From: Vulcanimicrobiota bacterium
GTDB taxonomy: Bacteria; Vulcanimicrobiota; Vulcanimicrobiia; Vulcanimicrobiales; Vulcanimicrobiaceae
Direction: 5' to 3'
Length of the DNA: 64,000 bases
Assembly (NCBI GenBank): GCA_963795855.1
Contig: CAWCIZ010000004.1
Coordinates: 1-64,000, forward strand
Part shown: positions 50,583 through 60,199 of the stretch, in pieces
Position numbering within the stretch: position 1 is the first letter of the stretch
Layout of the letters: every line of letters starts with the position of its first letter
Notes under the pieces: model-generated
The model's input: the letters and a program-made list of their open reading frames with translations, nothing else
The model's database searches: none
Told to the model about the DNA's origin: nothing
Position numbers and translations under genes: made by a program

Positions 50583-51700
50583 CGGCCGTTTCCAGCCGCC
50601 CGCCGGGGTAACTCGACGGTCACTGCTGTGCCGCCTTCGGGTCGGTTGGCGATTGTTAGAGACGCAAGCGCGCCATACATTTGCTCTAACCGCCGGCGCG
50701 TGTGGCCGATACCAATGCCCTCGCGCAGGGGTATGTCGAGGCTCAAGCCCTTCCCGTTGTCCACGACGTCTAAGCGCAGGCGGTCCCGCTCAGTTCGCGC
50801 ACTAACGGTAATTGCGATCGACGAGCGCCCCGAGTCCATGCCATGACGCACGCTGTTTTCTACCAGGGGTTGAAGCAGAAAATGCGGCACTCGCTCGTTC
50901 AGCACATCGTCGGACATGTCGACGTTAATCGAAAGGCTCTTGCCGAAACGCATGCGCATGATGTCTCTGTAGCGTTCGAGAAAATCCGCCTCCGCGGCCA
51001 GATGCACTTCCTGCGCATCGCTGTCGAGAGCCATGCGAAGCATTTCGCTCAAACGAATCAGCATTTGCTCCGCAGCGTCAGCATCGGTTCGAACGAGCGA
51101 CGCAATGGCGTTGAGCGTATTGAACAAGAAATGCGGGCTCAGTTGCGACCGGAGCGCTTCTAACTGCGCCTGCGATAATTGCGCTTCCAGGCGCGATGCA
51201 CGCAATTGCCGCTCTTGCGCAACGCGCGAGTGCTCGATTGCGGCGATCACGGCGAGAGTTGCGAGGTTTCCCATCGACACGGAATAGAAGTCATTTACAA
51301 TTCCGAACCAGTATGAATAATTCGAATGAAAAATGGCATTCTCGAGCGGAATGTACATCGCATACTTCGCGAACAGTCCAATGACGATGGCGCCTGTGTA
51401 AATCGCCGTTGTGGTGAGCGTGCCAAGCCGGGCTCGCGCAACGCGACGAACTAACAGTACGTACGGCAGGGTAAGCAGCGCACATGTGCCCCAGTCGAGT
51501 GCCGTTTCACCCCAAATCAAGCCCCAGCGCACCGGCAGCTTTTGGTACATGGCGGAGAAGCCCCACTGCGCGGCGCGCAGCGACGTAACGATTCCCCATC
51601 CGACGATCCAGAACAGGGTTTCTTTCAAGATGACGTTAGCGTTCGATCGAGCGGTTTTGCTCACAGTTCCATCATCCGAAAAGGTATCGCATGGCGCCAC
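50579..51700 (-). CDS. LytS-type sensor histidine kinase
   Basis: TM helices; QLSPHFLFNTLN, LQPLVENSVRHG, DNGKG. Confidence 0.95.
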   Translation of the reverse strand: MAPCDTFSDDGTVSKTARSNANVILKETLFWIVGWGIVTSLRAAQWGFSAMYQKLPVRWGLIWGETALDWGTCALLTLPYVLLVRRVARARLGTLTTTAIYTGAIVIGLFAKYAMYIPLENAIFHSNYSYWFGIVNDFYSVSMGNLATLAVIAAIEHSRVAQERQLRASRLEAQLSQAQLEALRSQLSPHFLFNTLNAIASLVRTDADAAEQMLIRLSEMLRMALDSDAQEVHLAAEADFLERYRDIMRMRFGKSLSINVDMSDDVLNERVPHFLLQPLVENSVRHGMDSGRSSIAITVSARTERDRLRLDVVDNGKGLSLDIPLREGIGIGHTRRRLEQMYGALASLTIANRPEGGTAVTVELPRRAAGNGR

Positions 51701-53856
51701 GCATCTGGGACGAACCGGCCCTAGGGTGGGGTAGACCGCACCTCGGCCTGCGGCTCACCCCTCTGGCGTGCCCGTCTGCCACAAAACGGTATCGCGGGAT
51801 CCCAGTCGGCGTTAGACTGCAGCACATGTTCACGATAACAGTACCCGCCACAGCTCCGCCGCTGGCACCCTCAGGTCCAGCCGTAGGGTGGAACTTGGCT
51901 GCCAACGCGCCGCTTACGTGGGATGTCGACCATCGCGGCCGAGCAGGCGAAGCAACCGTAGCGCGTATTGCTACCGATGGCCGGTACATCTACGTTCGGT
52001 TCGATGCAACGCAGAGTGAGCCTATCGCCGCAGCACAACACAGCAACGATGTCGGACAGGGCAACGATGATGCGGTTTGGATAGATCTAGCGCCCGAAGG
52101 GCTGCGCGGATATTCCTATCAGTTTCAGGCCACGCCGAACGGCACACACTATGCGTTATCGACCGAGAATACTTCGTATTCGCCGAATTGGGAATCGTAC
52201 GGAAAGATCGGCTCGGGCGGCTACACAGTCACGATGAAGATTCCGCTCACTGTCATTCGCGGGGTTCACGCCGGCGAGTGGCTTGTGCAGTTCGTGCGTT
52301 ACGTCCACGCCACGGGCGCCCATTTTGTGTGGAGTTACGATGCCGCGCAAACGAATCCGGACGACTTCGCGCGCGCCGGCCACGCGGTCATGCCAGCGGC
52401 CATCGTAACATCGCTTCGGCGCCCGTCGCCGCGCGTGGCGCTGTACACGCTTGCAAATGCAACGACGCCGGCTTATGGCGGCACCACGTCGCGGTCTGGG
52501 GTTGATCTATCAGTACCGGTGACCCCGACCGCCTCATTTTACGCAACCTTTCATCCGGACAATTCCAACGTCGAGCTCGATCAGCAATCAATTTCGCCGA
52601 CCGTGTACCAGCGGTACTACAGTGAAGTACGCCCGTTCTTTACGCAGGCCGCGAACTTTTACGACACATTCAACTGCAATAACTGCGTGAACGAATCGAA
52701 TCTTTATACGCCCGCGATTCCAACCCCGCGGGAGGGTTATGCGCTGGAAGGCAAGCAGGGATATTTCGGTTTCGCTGCGTTTGATTCGCTCAGCAACGCC
52801 CGCAGCGATACGGCTAGCGTCTTAGACTATAACTCGCCGGACATGCGGTGGTCGGCAACCATTCAGCACGTCGGCGTCGCGATGCCGGGCCTGGTCGACA
52901 ATTCCACTGCCACGAGTGTTTCGTACTATGACCTCAAGCATGTTGGTCTTTACGCCGACGCTGGAACGGACGCGGGGACCAACGTTCTGAATGGCAGCCA
53001 AGCCCAGTGGTACGATGCCGGCGCGGACTGGGCAAGCAAGACCTTCGGCATTTATGGAGCGGTCCGCAAAGTCGGCGAGTACTATAATCCGGTCGACGGC
53101 TTCATCTCGCACCCCGGCATCGCCGGCTACGGTCTCTATGCCGCAAAAATCTTCGACTTCAGCGGCAGTTCTATCTTGGAATCCGCGGGTGTATCCGGGT
53201 TCTTTAGCCGATACCAGGGGCCCAGCGGCGGTCAAGCACAAAGTGGGAACAATCTTACATTCGACGTGCTCAGCAAGAGCGGCATCGACTTGCAACTATT
53301 GAGCGGCTCAAATTATTGGCGCTTCGGGAATGTCCTCGAGCCGATATCGCAAAATGGCGGCTTTTCGCTCACGTTCCATAGTGGCTTGCAAACGAATAAC
53401 CCGGGCTCCTTTCCGTATCACGGTTCCTCAACAACGCCGACCCAAATTCAGTTTTATACTGGACGTTATGGGCTCGGTCGACTCAATACGTGGTATCGCA
53501 CATCGACCATGCGCGCGGGTGATCACGGTCTATTGACGCTGGCCATCGATGACACCGACCAGAGCATTCCAGGCGGGCAACGCAATGTGCAGTGGTTTGA
53601 TAGTCTGAGCTACGCCTATCAGATCAGCGCGAATTCGTCACTTGCCGTCGGGCTGAGGCGGATAATTGGCTATGCGCCGACGCCAAACGGCGGTGGAAAC
53701 TGTGCAGGCGCATGCAGCAACATCTCGCTGGCATATCATTTGCGCTTGAACAGCAACGAGTTATATATGTCATATGGCGACCCCAATACACTGAGCACCG
53801 TCCCGCAGTTGCTATTTAAGATGATTTTTTACGCAGGCGGCCAGAAGGGAACCTAA
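51691..53856 (+). CDS. large exported protein, CBM9-like N-terminus and probable beta-barrel (DUF5916-like); start uncertain
   Basis: YIYVRF...DDAVWIDL...YQF..TPNG; HPD.SNVELD...E.RPFF; alternating aromatic strands. Confidence 0.7.
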   Translation: MAPRIWDEPALGWGRPHLGLRLTPLACPSATKRYRGIPVGVRLQHMFTITVPATAPPLAPSGPAVGWNLAANAPLTWDVDHRGRAGEATVARIATDGRYIYVRFDATQSEPIAAAQHSNDVGQGNDDAVWIDLAPEGLRGYSYQFQATPNGTHYALSTENTSYSPNWESYGKIGSGGYTVTMKIPLTVIRGVHAGEWLVQFVRYVHATGAHFVWSYDAAQTNPDDFARAGHAVMPAAIVTSLRRPSPRVALYTLANATTPAYGGTTSRSGVDLSVPVTPTASFYATFHPDNSNVELDQQSISPTVYQRYYSEVRPFFTQAANFYDTFNCNNCVNESNLYTPAIPTPREGYALEGKQGYFGFAAFDSLSNARSDTASVLDYNSPDMRWSATIQHVGVAMPGLVDNSTATSVSYYDLKHVGLYADAGTDAGTNVLNGSQAQWYDAGADWASKTFGIYGAVRKVGEYYNPVDGFISHPGIAGYGLYAAKIFDFSGSSILESAGVSGFFSRYQGPSGGQAQSGNNLTFDVLSKSGIDLQLLSGSNYWRFGNVLEPISQNGGFSLTFHSGLQTNNPGSFPYHGSSTTPTQIQFYTGRYGLGRLNTWYRTSTMRAGDHGLLTLAIDDTDQSIPGGQRNVQWFDSLSYAYQISANSSLAVGLRRIIGYAPTPNGGGNCAGACSNISLAYHLRLNSNELYMSYGDPNTLSTVPQLLFKMIFYAGGQKGT

Positions 53857-53968
53857 CATGGCTCAAGTGCCAGCGCGTTGCATGCAAGGGGGCGATGCTG
53901 CGCCGTTTCGACAAATTCAGCTCGTGCGATCCTATGACCGACGTGCGCGTTCGTCGCGGATGGGAAAG

Positions 53969-54055
53969 CGGGAGCGTTGTCCAGAGATGCCGACCTTGAT
54001 TCGCTTGCTAATGGCGGCAACGGATCTCGTCTACCACGCCGTTTTTCACGACTAG
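53969..54055 (+). pseudogene. 3' fragment of a TetR gene (diverged copy of 44118-44204)
   Basis: Encodes ...LLMAATDLVYHAVFHD* versus LLAAATDLVYRVVFHD*. Confidence 0.8.
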
Positions 54056-54175
54056 TGCCGTCCGCCATAGCGCGGAATCTTACGGCGACGATCTCGACGG
54101 CTGCACGCTCCTCCGACGTCGCTCCCGATACCCTTCGCAGCGATCGGCGCTTAAGGGCTTCCACGATAGACAGAA

Positions 54176-54743
54176 TTAGCCATGAGTCTCCAAAAGTCGC
54201 GCAAACAGGTTCATTGCTTTGCCGACTCGCGCGCGGTCGCTCGTTGCGCAGAGATCGAGGAGCAATCCGCGCGTCACGGCAAGGAGCAGCGTTGCCTCTA
54301 TGGTGCTAGTCTTCGGGCTGGCACCAAACCGTTCCGTAAGCTGCTGCCAGTAGGCTAGCGGATCTTCGAGGACTCCAGGGTAGTCGTTTGGATTTCGGAG
54401 CGCCAACGCGTACAGCTCGAGAATGAGTCGCTCGGCCGGCCGCGCTCGCGGTGCACTCAAGCGCTGCCACTGCCACCGCAAGAATTCGGGCAATGTGTGG
54501 CGTTTATTGCTCGCGGTCATCCACGCTTGGATGCGAGAGTCGCCAAGATCGCGCAGGCGCGCGAGGATCTGGCGCATGAGAGACTTCGCGCGAGCCGAAG
54601 TGGTAAATGAGCATGCGCGCATTTGTACGCAGCGCCTTGGCTAAGGTGCGAAGAGTGAGATCGTGCATCCCATGCGAGATAACGTAATCGACGGCTTGAT
54701 CGCACAGCTTTTCGCGGATATCCGGATTCGGCGGTCTGGCCAC
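54176..54743 (-). CDS. TetR-family regulator (frameshift near 54590)
   Basis: VARPPNP...HGMHDLTLRTLAKAL.TNARMLIYHFGS; VTRGLLLDL in ORF 54176..54622. Confidence 0.85.
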
Positions 54744-54761
54744 GAAAGTTCCTCCCTTGCT

Positions 54762-54789
54762 AGTTATTGTAACACCTGTTACAATAACT
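54762..54789. promoter_or_regulatory. palindromic TetR-type operator
   Basis: AGTTATTGTAACA-CC-TGTTACAATAACT, perfect 13-bp arms between divergent genes. Confidence 0.8.
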
Positions 54790-54804
54790 GTCAGGAGAAC
54801 GACC

Positions 54805-55431
54805 ATGGAAAAGGTCATGGCTATCGCGCTTGTTGCGCTTTTACTTTCGGATGCTGCGACGAGTTCGGCGGCCTCGTCGACGGCGCAAACGGGGTCATCT
54901 CTTGAGGCCAAAAACAAAGCCGTCGCGATGCGGGTGTTTGACGAGATTTTCAATCAAGGCAGGTTCCGGGTTGCCGACGCAATCTACGGTAGCGATTTCG
55001 TAAATCACGGACTACACAAGAATTTCGACCTCGCCGAGGATCAGGCTGCGGTTCGCTGGGAGAAGGCAGTCGTTCCGGATTTGAAGATCACTGTCACTCG
55101 AATAGTAGCCGAGGGCGATTTGGTTTCGGTGGTGTGGACGGCGCGCGGGTCCAACACCGCATCGATTCTCGGCCTACCGGTGACTGGACTGAGCATCGAG
55201 GAGCCCGGTATCACCGTGTGGCGGATCGTCGATGGAAAGATTCGTGAGGAATGGACTTCATTCGACGAGATGCTGATCGTCCGAGAGATTATTGCGCAGT
55301 TGAGATGGCCATTGTTCGGACTTCTCGTCGGACTCGTCCTTCTTAGTTTGATGGGTTATAGGTTGGTCCGAAAGCTGCGGGTGATGCGTTTTATGCGTCG
55401 AGCGCGATCAAAGTCAAGTCTTACCATGTAG
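54805..55431 (+). CDS. SnoaL-like ester cyclase with signal peptide and C-terminal TM
   Basis: NKAV..RVFDEIFNQG, VAEGDLV, WRIVDGKIREEW. Confidence 0.85.
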   Translation: MEKVMAIALVALLLSDAATSSAASSTAQTGSSLEAKNKAVAMRVFDEIFNQGRFRVADAIYGSDFVNHGLHKNFDLAEDQAAVRWEKAVVPDLKITVTRIVAEGDLVSVVWTARGSNTASILGLPVTGLSIEEPGITVWRIVDGKIREEWTSFDEMLIVREIIAQLRWPLFGLLVGLVLLSLMGYRLVRKLRVMRFMRRARSKSSLTM

Positions 55432-55469
55432 ATTTTTCGCCGTAATTCTTTTTTTTGGCGAGTCGTAAA

Positions 55470-56195
55470 TCATAGGACCGCGACCGCGCTCACGATCAAC
55501 TCTCGCATTTTGAGAGCGATAGCGGGATACAGGTGCGGGAACACTGCAAGGGCTGCCAAGGCGATCAGCGCGACGTATGGACTAAACCACACAAAGTACG
55601 CCGAGCGCAGCACGAAGTTCACCGGCCCTCTACCGAACATCATCCGTGCGACCGTAACCGCCTCGTGAGTTCGTGCATTCAGTGGCACAACGTCGAACCA
55701 GGGAAGTTCGCGACCCATCGAGCGGTAATGCAGATGGTCCGCCTGGGTTGCTTGCAACCATGGACACAGCGTGTCCCGACCAAACGTGAAGAAGAAGCAT
55801 AAGCGTCGGCGCCGTTTCCAAACGTCGCTCTTGATGTATGAAAGATACTCGGGCGAAAACGAAGGGACGCGCGTTTGCGCGATCGTTCGGGCACTCACGC
55901 CAAAGGCCGCAAATAAGATCAGTAGTCCACCGCTGGCTACGAAGAACAAAGCTGTCACGCGGCTAGTATCGGCCGGTTCTGTTATGGGCTGGCGCCGGTA
56001 TCTGCACTGCGCACAGACTGCTAGGCTGCTATACATCAGCCTAGCAGCGGCTGACAGTCCGTTTACAGCCCTTAGGACACGCTCGTGGTTCGCCTGGCGC
56101 TGCAAAGCCGCCCCTTTTGCCAGGGCGCCCCGAACACGCTGCCGATACTCGGAAGAGGCATGAACTCCAATTTCGCGTTCTACGAGCGGCGCCAA
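55470..56195 (-). CDS. membrane protein with degenerate HNH-like domain (start uncertain)
   Basis: YLSYIKSDVWKRRR...ADHLHYRSMGRE...DVVPLNARTH between TM helices. Confidence 0.55.
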   Translation of the reverse strand: MAPLVEREIGVHASSEYRQRVRGALAKGAALQRQANHERVLRAVNGLSAAARLMYSSLAVCAQCRYRRQPITEPADTSRVTALFFVASGGLLILFAAFGVSARTIAQTRVPSFSPEYLSYIKSDVWKRRRRLCFFFTFGRDTLCPWLQATQADHLHYRSMGRELPWFDVVPLNARTHEAVTVARMMFGRGPVNFVLRSAYFVWFSPYVALIALAALAVFPHLYPAIALKMRELIVSAVAVL

Positions 56196-56357
56196 GGAAA
56201 TCGTACACGTGCGTCGTTTGCAGAATACCCGAAAGAGCTTTGCTCCATCGAATTAGATCTGGACTTGAGACGGTGCTTAAATACGTGCGATTATGACGAC
56301 TTTCGCGCAAGTGTCGGAGATGATATGTGATTTGTTAAGTTAAGCCACCCATGGCGC

Positions 56358-56423
56358 ATTTCTCAACGGTAGGTCGATTTCTCACCGCTAAGTGTCGTTT
56401 CTCAAAGTTAAGTGTTTCTTACA
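56358..56423 (-). repeat. transposon end: three TnsB-binding-like repeats + terminal TGTAAGAA (minus strand)
   Basis: (A/G)TTTCTCA at 56358, 56377 and 56397 (19-20 bp period); end ...GTTTCTTACA at 56423. Confidence 0.85.
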
Positions 56424-57286
56424 CCGCCGCCTACCAGCGCGGGCTGGCTGATCGTGTGATGCGGGAATCTGAACGGACGCGCGCGGACGATGCCGGGTCG
56501 AATGCCCAGCAGTCCGGCAACGCTGTAGATTTTGGTGACTTCCAGCGCCTCGGCCGACGACATGGGTGGAAGAATCGACGGCAGCCGCCGCGCGAGCATC
56601 GTTTTGCCGCAACCCGGCGGCCCGACGAAGAGTACGTTGTGCCCGCCTGCTGCCGCGATCTCCAATGCGCGCTTGCGCTCCGCTTTGCCCGCGCACGTCG
56701 GCAAAGTCGCCGTAAAAGCATTCGTCCGACGGCGCAGATGCCGGAACGAGGCCGCCGGGAAGCGCCATTTTTCCCGCTGCCCTGAATGACCGAAACCGCC
56801 GACTGCAATGAATCGATCGGCGTACAGCTCGATGCCTTCCACCAGCGCGGCTTCCTCCGCGTTGTCGGCCGGAACGATGAGTTTCGTAAAGCCGGCATTG
56901 CGCGCGCCGAGCACCATCGGCAAAATACCGTTGACCGGGCGGAGGGCGCCGTCGAGCGCGAGTTCGCCCAGCGCGCAGAAACTTTGAAGTGAGAGCCGGT
57001 CGATTTGCTCGTCGATTGCCATGAGCGCAAGCGCGATCGGCAGATCGAACGACGGGCCTTCTTTTCGCACGTCCGCGGGAGAGAGATTCACGAGCAATCG
57101 GCCTGCCGGAAACGCAAAGCCCGAGTTAAAAATGGCCGAGCGAACGCGCTCGCGAGCCTCGTTCAGCGCGCGGTCGGGAAGGCCGATGATGGCAATTGCG
57201 GGCGTGCCCGGCGAGCTGTCCGCTTCGACCCGTACGATATAGCCGTCGATTCCGAACATGGCGGCCGAAAAGGCAAGTGACAGCAC
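56424..57286 (-). pseudogene. comM: ComM/YifB Mg-chelatase-like ATPase, 5' part, interrupted by the transposon
   Basis: GLPD...E.RERVRSA, NLSPADVRKEG..FDLPIA, GELALDG, GPPGCGKTMLARRL, PFRFPHHTIS..ALVGGG, then transposon sequence and a stop; local compensating frameshifts near 56690-56820. Confidence 0.95.
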
Positions 57287-57406
57287 GCGCTGCTATCACG
57301 CTTTGCGTTCCCTCCCGAAACGGATTAGGGCGAAAGCACTAGTGCGTCTTCTCAAGTTCGTAACACAGCGACCGCACAATTTCTTTACAAGCAAGGGGGC
57401 GGACAC

Positions 57407-58195
57407 ATGCAGTCAAGCAGAGAGGCGGGCCGGTGGGACCGCCAAAAGGCGAGGGAGGCTCTGCAGCGCTTTGCGGCGGCTCGTCGACGCGGTGTTCGCG
57501 ATGCGGAATACGAGCAGCTGCGCAGCGACGTCGTCGTGGCCCACTGGAACCTGGTGCGGTACCTCGCCTTGAAATTCGCGAACCGCGGCGAACCGCTCGA
57601 CGATCTTATGCAGGTCGGCATGCTCGCCTTAATCAAGGCGCTCGACCGCTTCGATCTCGACCGCGGCGTCGAGTTCATGACGTACGCAGCGCCCACTATC
57701 ATAGGCGAAATCAAACGCTATTTCCGCGACAAGGGCTGGGTGCTCAAGGTGCCGCGGCGGCTGCAGGAGTTGAATTCGGCGATTGCGCGCGCCATCGAGC
57801 ATCTGACGGTCGAAATGGGTCGTCCGCCCACGGCCGCGGATCTCGCGCGGCATCTGCACGCCACCGAAGAAGAAGTTCTCGAAGCGCAGGAAAGCGCGCG
57901 TGCGTACCGCGTCGTGTCGTTGGATGCGGCGGTTGTGAACGACGACCAGAGCCGGCGCTCTCTCGACCGCTACGTTGGAGCGGCGGACGCCCACCTCACG
58001 GAATTCGAGAACGCGTCGTACATCGGTCAGGCGTTGGATCATCTCAACCGTCACGAGCGCACGATCGTGTACTGGCGCTTTTACGAAAGTTTACCGCAGG
58101 CGGAAATTGCGCGCCGTCTCAACGTCTCGCAAATGCACGTCTCGCGCGTCCAGTACAAGGCGCTGCGAAAGATGCGTCAAGTACTCGTACAGTAG
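57407..58195 (+). CDS. SigB/SigF/SigG-family sigma factor
   Basis: DDLMQVG..ALIKA.DRFD..RGVEF.TYA.PTI.GEIKRYFRD; SQMHVSR. Confidence 0.95.
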   Translation: MQSSREAGRWDRQKAREALQRFAAARRRGVRDAEYEQLRSDVVVAHWNLVRYLALKFANRGEPLDDLMQVGMLALIKALDRFDLDRGVEFMTYAAPTIIGEIKRYFRDKGWVLKVPRRLQELNSAIARAIEHLTVEMGRPPTAADLARHLHATEEEVLEAQESARAYRVVSLDAAVVNDDQSRRSLDRYVGAADAHLTEFENASYIGQALDHLNRHERTIVYWRFYESLPQAEIARRLNVSQMHVSRVQYKALRKMRQVLVQ

Positions 58196-58265
58196 CGGTT
58201 CGGCAACAGGCGCCGCTCTCGCGCGAGCCGAACTGGAGCGCGGAGTTTTTCGTAAGAGGCGCCGC

Positions 58266-60062
58266 ATGCACTTAACCGCGCTCGATTGGGTCATTATCGT
58301 CGTTTCGGTCGGCATCATGTTCGTGCCGGCCATCGTGCTTGCGCGGCGCGCGAGCAAAAACACGGCGGAGTTTTTTGCAGCGGGGCGGCAAGCACCGTGG
58401 TGGCTCATCGGCATCTCGCTCGTGGCGACGACGTTCAGCACCGATACGCCGAATCTCGTGACCAACATCGTGCGTCAGGGCGGCGTCGCCGGGAACTGGC
58501 AGTGGTGGGCGTTTCTCCTGACCGGCATGGCGACGGTGTTCTTCTATGCGCGGCTTTGGCGGCGCAGCGGCGTGCTGACCGATCTCGAGTTCTACGAAGC
58601 GCGCTATTCCGGTAAAGCGGCATCCTTCGTTCGCGGATTCCGCGCCGTCTATCTCGGGCTGTTTTTCAACTGCGTCATCATCGGAAGCGTCAGTTTGGCC
58701 GCATCGAAGATTGCGGGAATTCTGTTCGGCATTCCGCAGTGGGAGACGCTCGTCGTCGGCGGTTTGTTTCCCGTCGTGTTCGCGTCGATGTCGGGCTTGT
58801 GGGGCGTGATGGTGACGGACATGATTCAATTTTCCATCACGATGAGCAGCGCGTTCGCGGCGGCATACTTTGCCGTCAAGTTGCCGCAGATCGGCGGCCT
58901 GCACGGACTGTTTGCGCACATCGCGCAAACGCATCCGCAGTACCTGAGCATTCTGCCGAATTTCGCCGACTGGAAAACGAGCGCCGCGATATTCATCATT
59001 CCGCTCACCGTCGCTTGGTGGTCGTCCTGGTATCCCGGTGCCGAGCCGGGCGGCGGCAGCTATGTCGCGCAGCGAATGCTCTCGGCGAAAACGGAACGCG
59101 ATTCGGTCTTCGGGACACTGCTGTTCCAGGCGGCGCATTACGCGCTTCGGCCGTGGCCGTGGATCGTCGTTGCGCTGGCTTCGATGATCGTGTATCCGAG
59201 CGTCGGCGACATCGCGCGAAGTTTTCCGCACGTGCAGCACAAGTTGCTCGGCGACGACATCGCCTATCCCGCGATGCTCACGTTCCTTCCCGCTGGTTTT
59301 GCGGGCTTCATGGTTGCGGGGCTTTTCGCGGCGTATCGTTCTACGCTGGAAACGCATTTGAATTGGGGAACGTCCTACCTGGTCCACGACTTGTATCGCC
59401 GCTTCATCGGTCCGGGACGCAGCGAAAAGCACTACGTCTTTGTGGGACGCGTCGTCACCGTGTTGATCATGATTGCCGCAGGTTTGACGACGACGCTGCT
59501 GGACAATGCGAAGGAAGCCTTCGATCTGCTCTTGTCCATCGGCGCCGGAACGGGCCTGGTCTATCTGCTGCGCTGGTTCTGGTGGCGAATCAACGCTTGG
59601 ACGGAAGTGAGCGCAATGGCGGCGTCGTTTTTGGTTTCGGCAACGTTCTTCGCCCTCGCGAAAACCGGACATGCTGTCGAGGACAGCACCGTGCTGTTGA
59701 CGACCGTGGCCATTACCACGGTGGTTTGGGTCGCGACGACGTTCTTCACGCCCCCCGTGGACGAGACGACTCTCGACGCCTTCTACCTGAAAGTGCGGCC
59801 CGCGGGACCGGGCTGGGAGCGGGTTCGTCGCCGAACCGGCGGCGCACCATCGGCGGACAGCCTTCCCCAGGGTCTTCTCGGGTGGGTGCTCGGTCTGGTG
59901 TCGATCTACTCGGCCCTGTTCGGGACCGGTGCATACCTGTACGGCAACTGGACGCAAGCCGTCGTCTATACGGTGGTCTTCGTCGCAAGTGTGACGTGCT
60001 TAGTGCGACTCACGTCATCGACGTGGGGCTCGCGCGCGCCCGCAGCCGAGGTCCCGGCCTAA
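58266..60062 (+). CDS. sodium:solute symporter family protein
   Basis: FF.AGR.APWW..G.SLVATTFSTDTP; GGGSYVAQRM; many TM helices. Confidence 0.95.
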   Translation: MHLTALDWVIIVVSVGIMFVPAIVLARRASKNTAEFFAAGRQAPWWLIGISLVATTFSTDTPNLVTNIVRQGGVAGNWQWWAFLLTGMATVFFYARLWRRSGVLTDLEFYEARYSGKAASFVRGFRAVYLGLFFNCVIIGSVSLAASKIAGILFGIPQWETLVVGGLFPVVFASMSGLWGVMVTDMIQFSITMSSAFAAAYFAVKLPQIGGLHGLFAHIAQTHPQYLSILPNFADWKTSAAIFIIPLTVAWWSSWYPGAEPGGGSYVAQRMLSAKTERDSVFGTLLFQAAHYALRPWPWIVVALASMIVYPSVGDIARSFPHVQHKLLGDDIAYPAMLTFLPAGFAGFMVAGLFAAYRSTLETHLNWGTSYLVHDLYRRFIGPGRSEKHYVFVGRVVTVLIMIAAGLTTTLLDNAKEAFDLLLSIGAGTGLVYLLRWFWWRINAWTEVSAMAASFLVSATFFALAKTGHAVEDSTVLLTTVAITTVVWVATTFFTPPVDETTLDAFYLKVRPAGPGWERVRRRTGGAPSADSLPQGLLGWVLGLVSIYSALFGTGAYLYGNWTQAVVYTVVFVASVTCLVRLTSSTWGSRAPAAEVPA

Positions 60063-60199
60063 AAACCGTCGACTTCTCCACATCGCTCACAGGGCTGCGG
60101 CGTGCCGCTGTGGATAGTGCCGTCGTCGACGCAAAGCCGAAGAGGCGCTCGAGCAGCCCATAGTTAACCCCCGTCCGAATACTTTCGAGGAGCCGTATA

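Larger units (their letters stand above)
1..56423. mobile_element. Tn7-like transposon (TnsABC + dual TniQ) inserted in comM; left boundary outside window
   Basis: tnsA/B/C/tniQ/tniQ operon at 4626-10310; terminal ...CTTACA at 56423 preceded by repeated TTTCTCA sites; comM truncated exactly at this point; defence and accessory cargo in between. Confidence 0.8.

Noticed and set aside
34700..56200. Integron cassette array
   Set aside because: Genes have mixed orientations, there is no intI, and no repeated attC-like sites were recognised
1..56423. CRISPR-associated transposon (CAST)
   Set aside because: No cas-like ORF or repeat-spacer array was seen in the window; this cannot be excluded outside it
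58272..60163. Long alternative ORFs (561 aa minus, 474 aa plus)
   Set aside because: Shadow ORFs of the GC-rich symporter gene with no recognisable motifs
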